This document shows positions 20,240 to 29,643 of a stretch of 64,000 nt of DNA, one piece after another (position 1 is the stretch's first letter; every line of letters begins with the position of its first letter). Both the position numbers and the translations under genes were made by a program. The notes beneath the pieces were generated by a model that made no database searches, was not told the DNA's origin, and saw only the letters and a list, made by a program, of their open reading frames with translations. This stretch comes from an uncultured Gammaproteobacteria bacterium (GTDB taxonomy: Bacteria > Patescibacteriota > Patescibacteriia > Magasanikbacterales > UBA922), in contig CAYUTO010000003.1 of NCBI GenBank assembly GCA_964447765.1, forward strand, positions 72,919 through 136,918. Direction: 5' to 3'.

Positions 20240-20635
20240 TTATTGACCACTAAATCGTGACGTAATAAACACGGTGATTGCATATGATGATACCACAATA
20301 AACAGCCCCATGATTGATGATTTGATAATTTCTTTTGCTTTATTCACTTGCTCGTCCTCTCCTCCTGCAGTCATCCAGAGATACCCTGCGTAGACAGTAA
20401 GCACTAGGAATATAATACCTACCAGACTCAACACTGTTTTTATCACATTTCCTACCACGACAGTTAGGTCAGTAGGCACATTTCCCCCAATACCTTTTTG
20501 TAAATTCTTCAGATTATCGTCTGCATTGCCCAAATTTTGATTTGTGCCCATTACTCGACTTGGTAATGCCATAATACTGAGAGATATCAGAACTCCTCGT
20601 ATCCAGTATTTTTTTACGCTATTAATAATTTTCAT
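20240..20635 (-). CDS. TrbC/VirB2-like pilin paralog 8
   Basis: YAGYLWMTAGGEDEQVNKAKEII. Confidence 0.82.
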   Translation of the reverse strand: MKIINSVKKYWIRGVLISLSIMALPSRVMGTNQNLGNADDNLKNLQKGIGGNVPTDLTVVVGNVIKTVLSLVGIIFLVLTVYAGYLWMTAGGEDEQVNKAKEIIKSSIMGLFIVVSSYAITVFITSRFSGQ

Positions 20636-20650
20636 AACTAGTTCAAATTA

Positions 20651-21061
20651 CTATCCAAAATTGATTGCATTGGTTATAAATGCTGCAATAGCATATGCAC
20701 TCACCGTGATTATCAATCCAATGATTGCAGCAATTAATGTCTGGCGAGATTTGGCGATTTTTTCTTCTTCTCCTCGAGCGAGGAACCAGGTGATTCCCGC
20801 ATAGAGTGTGAGGACAAAGAATAAAAGACCTAATATTCCAAATAGCCACTGCGCGACTGATCCAATATATGTCGCTATTTCGTTTTTTGGTAACCCGGTA
20901 GGCCCTACCGCTGATTCCAGTGCTGCCCCCGCATCTTCGATGGTTTTTTTGGCGTGTACCTTATTAAAAAACAACAATGAAGCTGCCACAGCAAGAGGAA
21001 TACTCAGAAACAAGGTTTTAATTTTTGAATAGACCCACATGTTTAAATAATTTATTTTCAT
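20651..21061 (-). CDS. TrbC/VirB2-like pilin paralog 7
   Basis: YAGITWFLARGEEEKIAKSRQTLIAAIIGL. Confidence 0.82.
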   Translation of the reverse strand: MKINYLNMWVYSKIKTLFLSIPLAVAASLLFFNKVHAKKTIEDAGAALESAVGPTGLPKNEIATYIGSVAQWLFGILGLLFFVLTLYAGITWFLARGEEEKIAKSRQTLIAAIIGLIITVSAYAIAAFITNAINFG

Positions 21062-21218
21062 TAGTTTATTCTTAATCCCCCTATAGAAGGACTAAACACT
21101 TAATTGACCTTATTTAATAACGTGGTTTTTTACATTAAACAGAGGTTACTACGTTACGCTCATCTTTTATTTTATTAACGTAAATAGCTTCTCCCATACT
21201 GCTCATCCGCGAGCTCGA

Positions 21219-21767
21219 TTACGTATCTACACACAAACTTGCTTCATTCGGATCACTACTGTCACACTCCCAACCTGACTCTACTGTACAAGTTGCACTA
21301 CACCCATCTCCTGGATTTGTATTTAAATCGTCACATTCTTCAGCACCTTCTCTTTTTCCGTTTCCACATACCGTTCCTGTAGGTGTTGTCTGAGTAGTAG
21401 TGCCTCCACTATTTGATCCAAGCTTAAACACAAAGTTAGTAAGGGCGTATGCTCCGATAACAATGATAATTCCGATTGTCGCAGCAATAATTGTATTTAG
21501 GGCTTTTTCTGTCGTCTCTGAACTACCTCTCGCCGTCATCCAGAGAATACCCCCGTATAGCACGAGCACAAAGAATAGAACCGAAATCATCGAAAGCAGC
21601 GTTCCAATGATATTACCCGCAATAGTTGGAACACTATCTCCGTAGGTATCAAGCTTTGCTGCACTTGCTGTATCTTTCAGCCCAAAATCATTAGCAAGAA
21701 CGGTAGTGCCGAAAGCGAAAATTGAGAATGCTGCGATAAGACCGATAAGTAAATACACTTTTTTCAT
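21219..21767 (-). CDS. TrbC/VirB2-like pilin paralog 6 with C-terminal Cys-rich repeat (DUF4215/Myxococcus-type)
   Basis: YGGILWMTARG..E motif, then CGNGKREGAEECDDLNTNPGDGCSATCTVESGWEC. Confidence 0.85.
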   Translation of the reverse strand: MKKVYLLIGLIAAFSIFAFGTTVLANDFGLKDTASAAKLDTYGDSVPTIAGNIIGTLLSMISVLFFVLVLYGGILWMTARGSSETTEKALNTIIAATIGIIIVIGAYALTNFVFKLGSNSGGTTTQTTPTGTVCGNGKREGAEECDDLNTNPGDGCSATCTVESGWECDSSDPNEASLCVDT

Positions 21768-21786
21768 AAGAAAAAATTGATTAATT

Positions 21787-22242
21787 TCATGGAGAGTAGC
21801 CCGATGTTCCTGATGAGTATTGATTTCCACATGACGTGCCAATAGTCTCACAAAGAGAACGCAATACAAAACTCATAATAGAGTACGATGCCATAATAAT
21901 CACAAGTCCCATGACCGCAGCGCTTAGTATTTTTTTTGCACTGCCCACCTTCTCATCATTACCTCCTGCGGTCATCCAGGTGAACCCAGCGTAGAGAACA
22001 ATAATCACGGCAATGATCCCTAATAGACTCAAGGCAAAATTGATAATACGCACCGTAATAATACGAGGATCTTCCGCACTCAACCCTGAGTACTGTGTCC
22101 CTGCACAATCAAGCCCTAGAATGTCACCTGCACCTGTCTGTCCATCACAACCTTGCGCCAAGGATTTCACTGGAAAAAAGGCTATAATTAGAGCAAAACA
22201 AATAACTGAGAAAAGAGTTGCGAGAACTAATTTTTTATTCAT
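21787..22242 (-). CDS. TrbC/VirB2-like pilin paralog 5
   Basis: YAGFTWMTAGGNDEKVGSAKKIL; two Cys pairs. Confidence 0.82.
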   Translation of the reverse strand: MNKKLVLATLFSVICFALIIAFFPVKSLAQGCDGQTGAGDILGLDCAGTQYSGLSAEDPRIITVRIINFALSLLGIIAVIIVLYAGFTWMTAGGNDEKVGSAKKILSAAVMGLVIIMASYSIMSFVLRSLCETIGTSCGNQYSSGTSGYSP

Positions 22243-22343
22243 ACAGAATAGGTGAGAGTCAAAGCTTTCCTGGCCAGTAACGTGCCTATGACCAGTGAAA
22301 GCTCTGACACCCGTATGGGTGCCTGAGTCTGACAACTGTATTT

Positions 22344-22760
22344 TTACGCTTCTTCGACAGCTGTCTGAATAGAATTGATAAAGAAATTTGCAATTGCGTA
22401 TGCAGATAGAATGATCGCGAGACCAATCACTGCAGCAATGATAATTTTCTTTGCAGCTTCTACACTTTCGTCGTTTCCGCCGGCGGTCATCCACTTGAAA
22501 CCACCCCAGAGGATCAATATAACTGCGATTAAACCTAGGAACGTCAATGCGAGGTTGATAATATTTACTACTACCGCGCGCGCATCAGTTTCTTCAGTAC
22601 TGATGTTTAAACCAGTCGTTGGCTCAATTCCAAATGGATCATCAGAACCATTTCCTGTTGCCAAACTTACCTTTGGTGACAACGTAAACACCGTTACCAA
22701 AGCTACAATACCAAGCATGATATTTCTATGCTTTAGTAATTTTGCTTGTATGTTTTTCAT
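22344..22760 (-). CDS. TrbC/VirB2-like pilin paralog 4 (candidate major subunit)
   Basis: WGGFKWMTAGGNDESVEAAKKII; strong purine-rich RBS (GAAGGGGGTGAGGGAGT) before the ATG. Confidence 0.82.
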   Translation of the reverse strand: MKNIQAKLLKHRNIMLGIVALVTVFTLSPKVSLATGNGSDDPFGIEPTTGLNISTEETDARAVVVNIINLALTFLGLIAVILILWGGFKWMTAGGNDESVEAAKKIIIAAVIGLAIILSAYAIANFFINSIQTAVEEA

Positions 22761-22837
22761 ACTCCCTCACCCCCCTTCAATTTTTTACATGTTTTATGCA
22801 TAATATTCACTAGTGTGATATGTATATACGTAGATTA

Positions 22838-23245
22838 TTAGTTTGGACTAGCTTGTAGAGTATTCAAAATCAACGTAATTATAGCATAGCTACTGAAAAT
22901 CACAATAATTCCAATCCCAGCCCAGAGCATAGCTTGTAAACCCTTCTGAATCCTTTCAGAATTCCCTGCTGAAGTGAGCCAAAGCACACCTCCATATACG
23001 AATACTACGAAGGTGATTGAACCGATGATTCCCATGATAGCCCCAATGCTATTCCCAATAATCGTTTTAATATCTGTTGTTGCAAGTGGATTGGTAAGTG
23101 AGACACAATCTTGTCCTTCACGACAACCGATCGTTGGAGTACTCGAGGCCAAGGCTAATTGAAAATTACTAACACTCACCAGAGTGCTTAGTATAATTAC
23201 CATAATTCCGACTAACTTTGTCCTATTTTTTTTCATATCAACCAT
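22838..23245 (-). CDS. TrbC/VirB2-like pilin paralog 3
   Basis: LTNPL motif and YGGVLWLTSAGNSERIQKG..AMLWAGIG. Confidence 0.82.
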   Translation of the reverse strand: MVDMKKNRTKLVGIMVIILSTLVSVSNFQLALASSTPTIGCREGQDCVSLTNPLATTDIKTIIGNSIGAIMGIIGSITFVVFVYGGVLWLTSAGNSERIQKGLQAMLWAGIGIIVIFSSYAIITLILNTLQASPN

Positions 23246-23257
23246 ACTGGTGCCAAA

Positions 23258-24349
23258 TTAGGAAGTAATCCCGATAGCTTTTACAATAAAACTTACTAAT
23301 ACATACGCTGAAAACGCGATAATCATACCTACCGTTGCTGCGACCAATATTTGTTTTCCTTGTCCTACTTTTTCTGAATTTCCAAATGATAGAACCATAG
23401 TGAGTCCACCATAGACAAAGAACGCAAATCCAAGACCAGCTATAATACCAAATAACCAAGTTGCTACGTTTACACCCAATTGCACCAAATCTTCTACGTT
23501 GCGACATGACCCAGTAAATGCGCAGGAAGGAAGTGGACCTTGATAACCATCTGGTGCCTTATATCGTTCAGCAATATACTGGTCAATTGCTTTTGACACC
23601 TCCACTTCAGTCGTTTTCTTTACACATGTATTATTTTCTCCTGTCGTACAATGTCGTGCAGCCGAACAAACGTCTGAGGGTAATTGAGTACAATCGATAC
23701 TTGAGTCATCTTTTGCAAGACATTTAGCCCCAGCTACTTGCCAAAAACATTGAGAGTTCGCTTCACACGTTGACTTGTCTTTCCCATTATTTTGAGCACA
23801 TATTCCAACTGGATTTTCTAGCTGCTGCTCGAGAGAAGCCGTTGCTACATAATACACCTGAAAATCCATATTTAACCCCGCATCTTCTCCTTCAAAATAG
23901 TAACGAGTAAACACACCTGAAGAAGGTACGTATGGTGTAGCATGATAGGTTATACTTGCCGGCTGATTGTCGTCTTGGGTGGTATTCCAACTCAAAGTCG
24001 AATTTCCATTATCAGATTTTTCTTCCCTTACATATTCTCCTCGTTGCAATTTATCTGCATTCTGTTTGATAAAACGACTGCTGTCACGGAGATTTACCCA
24101 CTCCACAACTGAAGTATTATTTGCCACCTCGACACAAAAAATTTCAAATGCAGTCCCTGGGACATTGGGGTCTGCCAACACACTGTCATTATTCCCAATA
24201 GAAAAAATAAGTAATTTATGATTTTCTCGTGCAAATGATTGACACTTTCCCCCTGTAAATTCTGACGCACTTACTTGTTGCGCGCTAAAAAGACACACTA
24301 CGCTCAACAAAGTTAACCAGAATATTTTGTGAATTTTTTCTAAGCGCAT
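23258..24349 (-). CDS. Large Cys-rich protein with C-terminal TrbC/VirB2-like pilin domain (paralog 2)
   Basis: Signal peptide, multi-Cys extracellular region, C-terminal YGGLTMVLSFGNSEKVGQGKQIL. Confidence 0.8.
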   Translation of the reverse strand: MRLEKIHKIFWLTLLSVVCLFSAQQVSASEFTGGKCQSFARENHKLLIFSIGNNDSVLADPNVPGTAFEIFCVEVANNTSVVEWVNLRDSSRFIKQNADKLQRGEYVREEKSDNGNSTLSWNTTQDDNQPASITYHATPYVPSSGVFTRYYFEGEDAGLNMDFQVYYVATASLEQQLENPVGICAQNNGKDKSTCEANSQCFWQVAGAKCLAKDDSSIDCTQLPSDVCSAARHCTTGENNTCVKKTTEVEVSKAIDQYIAERYKAPDGYQGPLPSCAFTGSCRNVEDLVQLGVNVATWLFGIIAGLGFAFFVYGGLTMVLSFGNSEKVGQGKQILVAATVGMIIAFSAYVLVSFIVKAIGITS

Positions 24350-24351
24350 AC

Positions 24352-25737
24352 TTAATACGTTTGTTGAATTTTTGCTGCACCATTGAGAATCACCGTCTTA
24401 TCTTTCTTGAGTGTCTCCTGTTCAGTATTTCCTGGTCTCAAAAATTCGGTAATTAAATCTTTCATAGTTGAAACTGCAATATCACTTTCCCGGCCCCGAT
24501 ACCAATTATCAGCGAATAGCGCTTGTGTTGCAAAAGGTTCCATTGTTTCATCTGTTTGCTGCTCTGCAATCTGTTCTCGGTACGGACTTGGTCTAAAGGT
24601 TGCAGTGGTATACGTTTTTACTTTTTCTTTTGAAGTGATAAATCTCACAAAATCCCAGGCCTCATTCTGGTATTTTGATTTCTTTACTACTGATTCGAGC
24701 CAATAGTTTGCAACATTGGAAGGGGAACTTGGATTCAGCTGTGGCACAGTTGTAATCTGGATATCCAGTTGCGGTGCTCGTTCTTTTATCCGAGGATAAT
24801 CATAGGCAAATCCAAGAAAAAACGCGCTTTTCCCTCGTACAAATTCATCAAATGCATTTTGTTGTTTTTCATTCCAGCTATATCGATCAGCGGTAGCGCG
24901 CGCAAATCCCGTATAGAAATCTAGTGCACGAAGCATCGGATGCGATCGATCTTGTGCACGATCAACACCCGCAGCAAAAGTAACCGACTGCTGACTTACT
25001 GGAATAACACCACTCTGCATCATAAAGAGAGACACAATATCAAAAAAATTATCAATATTATTTGAGGTACCAAGTGCTACTCCTGACTGAGTAATATCAA
25101 GAGTTGAATTGAATTTGGTAGTTTTTTGTATTGCCTCCACAAATTCTTCCCAAGTAGCAGGAGCTTCAGCAATTCCTGCTCGATCAAGGAGTGTTTGATT
25201 GTAAAATAATGCAAGAGAGTCAAACGCAATCGGGAGCCCATAAATTTGTCCATCGATTACCACGTCCTTGTGAACCGACTGTACGTACTCATTTCGAATA
25301 TCCCGTTCACGAGGCAATGGCACGGTATCGATTACCACAGCCATTTCTTTGGTATATTTATTTTTCTCTACCAAACGAGGTACTTGCACACTCGCAGGTG
25401 CTGCAGATAGCCTATTCTGATTTTTACGTAGCCAGCGAACGTGCATTGAAACAATGTCAGGTCCCACATCATCTGCAAGTGCATTGGTGAACAATGTATC
25501 AAATTCTTCGTAACGAACCTGACGAATGTTGATCGTTACTTGAGGTCGCATCGCTTTGTATTCTGCGGCATATTTCTTCAGCTCATCCACATCATTAAAT
25601 ACAGTCCAATAGTTCAAAGTAACACCTCTCACCGATGTTTGTTCTTCGGCAGTCAAACCTTTGCAACCAAAACCAGAAAAAAGCAACATGGTGCTGAGCA
25701 AAGAAAGAGATAGTATGGATTTTGTGATTTTTCTCAT
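24352..25737 (-). CDS. Extracellular solute-binding lipoprotein (family 1, sugar-binding type)
   Basis: Lipobox-like FSGFGC, GPDIV, IYGLP...ALFYN..LL..AG, TWEEF, AWDFVRF. Confidence 0.88.
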   Translation of the reverse strand: MRKITKSILSLSLLSTMLLFSGFGCKGLTAEEQTSVRGVTLNYWTVFNDVDELKKYAAEYKAMRPQVTINIRQVRYEEFDTLFTNALADDVGPDIVSMHVRWLRKNQNRLSAAPASVQVPRLVEKNKYTKEMAVVIDTVPLPRERDIRNEYVQSVHKDVVIDGQIYGLPIAFDSLALFYNQTLLDRAGIAEAPATWEEFVEAIQKTTKFNSTLDITQSGVALGTSNNIDNFFDIVSLFMMQSGVIPVSQQSVTFAAGVDRAQDRSHPMLRALDFYTGFARATADRYSWNEKQQNAFDEFVRGKSAFFLGFAYDYPRIKERAPQLDIQITTVPQLNPSSPSNVANYWLESVVKKSKYQNEAWDFVRFITSKEKVKTYTTATFRPSPYREQIAEQQTDETMEPFATQALFADNWYRGRESDIAVSTMKDLITEFLRPGNTEQETLKKDKTVILNGAAKIQQTY

Positions 25738-25749
25738 AAAATTTAGAGG

Positions 25750-25822
25750 AGAAATTAAAGATTAAAGATTGAATAAACGGAATATTAGTCTTTAATCTTT
25801 AATTTTTAATTTTTATTCTTTA
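25750..25822. repeat. Heptamer-periodic inverted repeat (AAAGATT / AATCTTT type)
   Basis: aaattaaagattaaagattgaa ... agtctttaatctttaatttttaattttt. Confidence 0.8.
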
Positions 25823-25823
25823 A

Positions 25824-26519
25824 CTACCTAAATATCTCAAACACGAAATCCACTAGTGCGTAGCTTGCAAAAATTAACACAACTCCTAGACCTGCCCATA
25901 ATATTGTCTCACGAGCTTTCTGTGTGCGTTCTGAATTTCCTCGTGCGGTCATCCAAGTAATTCCTCCATACAACATCATTACTAATGCAACAGTTCCAAT
26001 TACTCCCATAACTCCTCGAATGATAATTCCAATCAGATCCTCCACATTATCGACTTTGAGTTTATTGAGTTCGTCTGCATATTGCGTAAATGATGCAGAT
26101 GGAGATGTTTCACGAGCCACATCTTCAAGACATTTTTCAATACTAGGTTTTTCCGTACACGGCGCACAATTCCCTGGTGTCACAATACTTCCCCCTGCTG
26201 CGCTGTCTCCATACTTGATGCATTGGCTCCCGCACTGACAGGCCCCACTCGGATAGGTAATACCACCTGCTTGGCAGGCTGCTTTTGTTTCAAAAACTCG
26301 GTCTATTTGAGGATTGCAAAAAGTTTCCAACCACTCAGTAGTAATTGTTCCTACTCCTTGTATTCCATTTAAAGTAGGAACAGCATCTCCTACTCCATAA
26401 CATACCCCACTTATTTTACAGACCTGAACTAACGCTAATGCTTTATCTGAAAAAAATAACGTACTCATCAATATTACCAGCACCACAATCATTTTTGAAC
26501 TCCTTTGAAATAAACGCAT
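25824..26519 (-). CDS. Cys-rich protein with C-terminal TrbC/VirB2-like pilin domain (paralog 1)
   Basis: About 10 Cys in the N-terminal domain; YGGITWMTARGNSERTQKARETILWAGLG. Confidence 0.8.
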   Translation of the reverse strand: MRLFQRSSKMIVVLVILMSTLFFSDKALALVQVCKISGVCYGVGDAVPTLNGIQGVGTITTEWLETFCNPQIDRVFETKAACQAGGITYPSGACQCGSQCIKYGDSAAGGSIVTPGNCAPCTEKPSIEKCLEDVARETSPSASFTQYADELNKLKVDNVEDLIGIIIRGVMGVIGTVALVMMLYGGITWMTARGNSERTQKARETILWAGLGVVLIFASYALVDFVFEIFR

Positions 26520-26537
26520 ACTTTTTTTAATTCCTGA

Positions 26538-27374
26538 CTATAGTAAACCCTCTTTCTTGGCAAAATGTATTGCAGTTTTCAGTAATGCTATTTTATTTCC
26601 AGTATCAAAATATTCTCCCTCATATTCATACGCAAAAAATTTCTTTTTCTTTGCCAGAGTATTTGCTGCGTCAGAAAGCCAAATTTCTCCATCTTTTCCT
26701 TCTACTTGAGAATCAAGAATTGCCCAAATATCATTGGTAAAAATATAACGCATTCCCCCAACGATCAAACCTAATGGAGAAACTGCTTCAGGCGTAGGTT
26801 TTTCACGAAATTCATTTACCCGGTAAACACCCTTTCCTAATGGTTTTCCATATACATTACCGTACTTTCTCATCTCTTCAGTATTATCCATTTTTTGAAC
26901 ACCAATTACTGAAGCTTTCTTTTTATAAAAAATATCTAGCAGTTGCTGTATGACAGGAGTTTTAGCATCAATAATACTATCACCATCTGAGAAGGCGAAT
27001 GGTTCATCTCCTACAAACTCTTTTGCACACAATAATGCATGCCCATTCCCTCGCGGCTCAGCTTGTCTGGTATAAAAAAATCGTACTTTTTCACTTAAAT
27101 CTATGAGAGATTGTATGCGATCGAGCTTTCCCTGACTTTCCAAATATGCCTCAAAATCACGATCACGATCAAAATGATCTTCTATCGCACGCTTTTGAGA
27201 GCTCGTAACAAAAATGATTTCAGTAATTCCACTTGCTACCATTTCTTCTACAATATATTGAAGTACTGGTTTATCAAGTACTGGTAACATTTCTTTTGGC
27301 ATGGCTTTGGTAGCTGGAAGAAACCGCGTACCCAAACCTGCGACAGTGATTACACCTTTACGAACTTTTTTCAT
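26538..27374 (-). CDS. galU: UTP--glucose-1-phosphate uridylyltransferase
   Basis: AGLGTRFLPATKAMPKEMLP, IEDHFD, RQAEPRGNGHA. Confidence 0.92.
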   Translation of the reverse strand: MKKVRKGVITVAGLGTRFLPATKAMPKEMLPVLDKPVLQYIVEEMVASGITEIIFVTSSQKRAIEDHFDRDRDFEAYLESQGKLDRIQSLIDLSEKVRFFYTRQAEPRGNGHALLCAKEFVGDEPFAFSDGDSIIDAKTPVIQQLLDIFYKKKASVIGVQKMDNTEEMRKYGNVYGKPLGKGVYRVNEFREKPTPEAVSPLGLIVGGMRYIFTNDIWAILDSQVEGKDGEIWLSDAANTLAKKKKFFAYEYEGEYFDTGNKIALLKTAIHFAKKEGLL

Positions 27375-27505
27375 ACTTTCTTTTTACAATAAGATGGTGA
27401 GTAGTATACCACAATATTCAAAATACATGGAACACGATACACGACGAATACAGATACAAGTGAATTTGAATTTATTTGGTATAGTGTTCCATGTATTTTG
27501 TATTT

Positions 27506-28888
27506 TTATTTCACCTCTTCCCAACTAATAAGTTCATACGTAGAACCCACTGGAAAGCCAGGTGGTGGATAATATTTCAAATTACCATCGTACACATGGT
27601 TGGTGTAATAGTACCCTGATACTACTTGCCCCCCTGTATTAATATATTTCCAACCCCCACCAGCATATGAAATTTGAGACCCAAAAAAGGTAAGCGAATT
27701 TTTGAGAGCACCTGCATGCTCATTCGGATTATAGTATGGGGTAAAAATTTTTCCATATTGTGTCAGCGCAGCTGCATTAATCTCCAGATTAGTTGGTGCT
27801 TCATACGGCACAATAATATCACCCTGAGCAATGATACCGATCACATCATCGCTTGATTTTTGTTTTTGCAATAAATTATTCGAAATAAACACTTCTTTCT
27901 GATTACTTGGTACAGGGAAATTACCTACACCGATAGTTATTCTCCCGTCTACAGTTCCTTGCAACCATGTATTATCTTCAATAAACATTACCCCGTTTGC
28001 CGGAAGCGTATACGTACCTATTGTAGTTTTGGTACCAATATCATAGCAATACGTGGTCCCATTCCAATACCACCCCGACCAACTTGATCTCCAACTTCCT
28101 TCGCCATAATAACAATCTCTGGTATTTACCCGGTACACGGTATATTGGGTATTATTAAATATAATTTGGTATCCTTCTGCCCCAGAAGAAGCCAAATATT
28201 TTCCGCCATTCTGAGCAGCAGTACGAATAGCTGAGAGATCAGCAGATACTGAACCAAAATCAGCCGCAGGAACAGGAAATTCCCAATAATAGGTAGGTCC
28301 ACCAGTCCCCCAGATTCCAGGCCTTGTAGTGCCTTGGTAATTATAGGTAGACTTTGCACTCCTGACCCATGAGTCAGTTGTACCATCAAATTTGATTCCG
28401 CCATTCGACATAATCTCTCCATGCACCTCGGTCGTAGCACTAAATGACATATCAACGTTTTGTATAAAGGCACTATCTGTAAACGAAGGGAAGCCTAATC
28501 GCACCTTTAGAGCCCGGTTTGCATTTGGAGAAGAAACCACCGTTCCCGTAGACGCAACGGCGATGACTGAAGAGTTTGGTAGTGGGGTTGAAATATTAAT
28601 TGCATAACTTCCAACAACATCATTAAACTTATCTTTTACCGTATGAACATACGGGCCAGGTTGTCCTGTGCCGTCAGTAAAATCTGTTGGATTATGCGCT
28701 AGATGCCAACGATAATAATTGATACCTGCCTCAGCAATATGAAACGTCACATCTCGACGATAATATTCCAGTGAAATTCTATGTTCAAATAGAGCATAGC
28801 TCAAAATACCCAACACCATAATCACAAAAGCAATCGAACCAAAAACCATGACGATGAGAAGTGTATTGCCGGCGTATTTTTTTATCAT
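27506..28888 (-). CDS. PilX-like minor pilin/assembly protein
   Basis: GNTLLIVMV N-terminal helix and AEAGI motif; large beta-rich C-terminal domain. Confidence 0.75.
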   Translation of the reverse strand: MIKKYAGNTLLIVMVFGSIAFVIMVLGILSYALFEHRISLEYYRRDVTFHIAEAGINYYRWHLAHNPTDFTDGTGQPGPYVHTVKDKFNDVVGSYAINISTPLPNSSVIAVASTGTVVSSPNANRALKVRLGFPSFTDSAFIQNVDMSFSATTEVHGEIMSNGGIKFDGTTDSWVRSAKSTYNYQGTTRPGIWGTGGPTYYWEFPVPAADFGSVSADLSAIRTAAQNGGKYLASSGAEGYQIIFNNTQYTVYRVNTRDCYYGEGSWRSSWSGWYWNGTTYCYDIGTKTTIGTYTLPANGVMFIEDNTWLQGTVDGRITIGVGNFPVPSNQKEVFISNNLLQKQKSSDDVIGIIAQGDIIVPYEAPTNLEINAAALTQYGKIFTPYYNPNEHAGALKNSLTFFGSQISYAGGGWKYINTGGQVVSGYYYTNHVYDGNLKYYPPPGFPVGSTYELISWEEVK

Positions 28889-28897
28889 AGGAGCGTT

Positions 28898-29017
28898 TAG
28901 TCGAAAGTCGAAAAGTCTGTAAAGTTATAAAGTCGAGAGGTGGAATGAAAAGCGTTTTCCATGACTTTCACCCTGCCGACAGGCAGGACTTTATAGACTT
29001 TTTTGACTTCGTGACTC
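28898..29017. repeat. Heptamer-periodic inverted repeat (AAAGTCG type) with a CCTGCC-GACA-GGCAGG mini-hairpin in its right arm
   Basis: agtcgaaagtcgaaaagtctgtaaagttataaagtcg ... gactttca[ccctgccgacaggcag]gactttatagacttttttgacttcgtgact. Confidence 0.85.
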
Positions 29018-29019
29018 TA

Positions 29020-29643
29020 TTAATTCGTTTTCAAATTTCTGATATGAGTAAGTGATTCGACCCTCAAGGGCACTGGACTTTTAGTCACATCCTTTTCGAT
29101 TTCAATAATAATTTTTATCATTCGGATATTGGTAAGAGTAATCGGGAGAGTCATCGCAGCTTGTGACCCCGTATATGATTCTGTAAAATACTGAAATGTT
29201 GGTGTGCCTCTACTTGCGTTTTGCACATAACTTGCAATAGTAGTGATTTGCTCCTGACCTGTATAACTCAGGGGATTTCCACTTGGTTTCAATATTCCTC
29301 TCCTCAAATCAGTACCTGAAAGCCAATAACGCACCCGCTCACGTAAACTATCTCCATCAATATTTGCATACACCGTGAGAGATGAAGTGGTAGCCTGTGC
29401 AACTGGATACGAACCAATACTCGATTGTTCGGCAGTTCTAATCGTATTGACGATTTCAGAAATTACACGACGAGCGTCTTTTTGACCAAATAATTGATCA
29501 TTGAGTATGCGCTGATTGCGAAAACTCAATATGATAAATGATGTAGCTCCCAACATTACAATCATAGTGATTCCTAATACCACTGATACTTCAATCAAGC
29601 TCATGCCCCGAGTATACTCACTTTTTTTTGTAAAAACTTTCAT
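29020..29643 (-). CDS. Type IV minor pilin (PilW/PulJ-like)
   Basis: Prepilin cleavage motif RG/MSLIEVSVVLG. Confidence 0.85.
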   Translation of the reverse strand: MKVFTKKSEYTRGMSLIEVSVVLGITMIVMLGATSFIILSFRNQRILNDQLFGQKDARRVISEIVNTIRTAEQSSIGSYPVAQATTSSLTVYANIDGDSLRERVRYWLSGTDLRRGILKPSGNPLSYTGQEQITTIASYVQNASRGTPTFQYFTESYTGSQAAMTLPITLTNIRMIKIIIEIEKDVTKSPVPLRVESLTHIRNLKTN

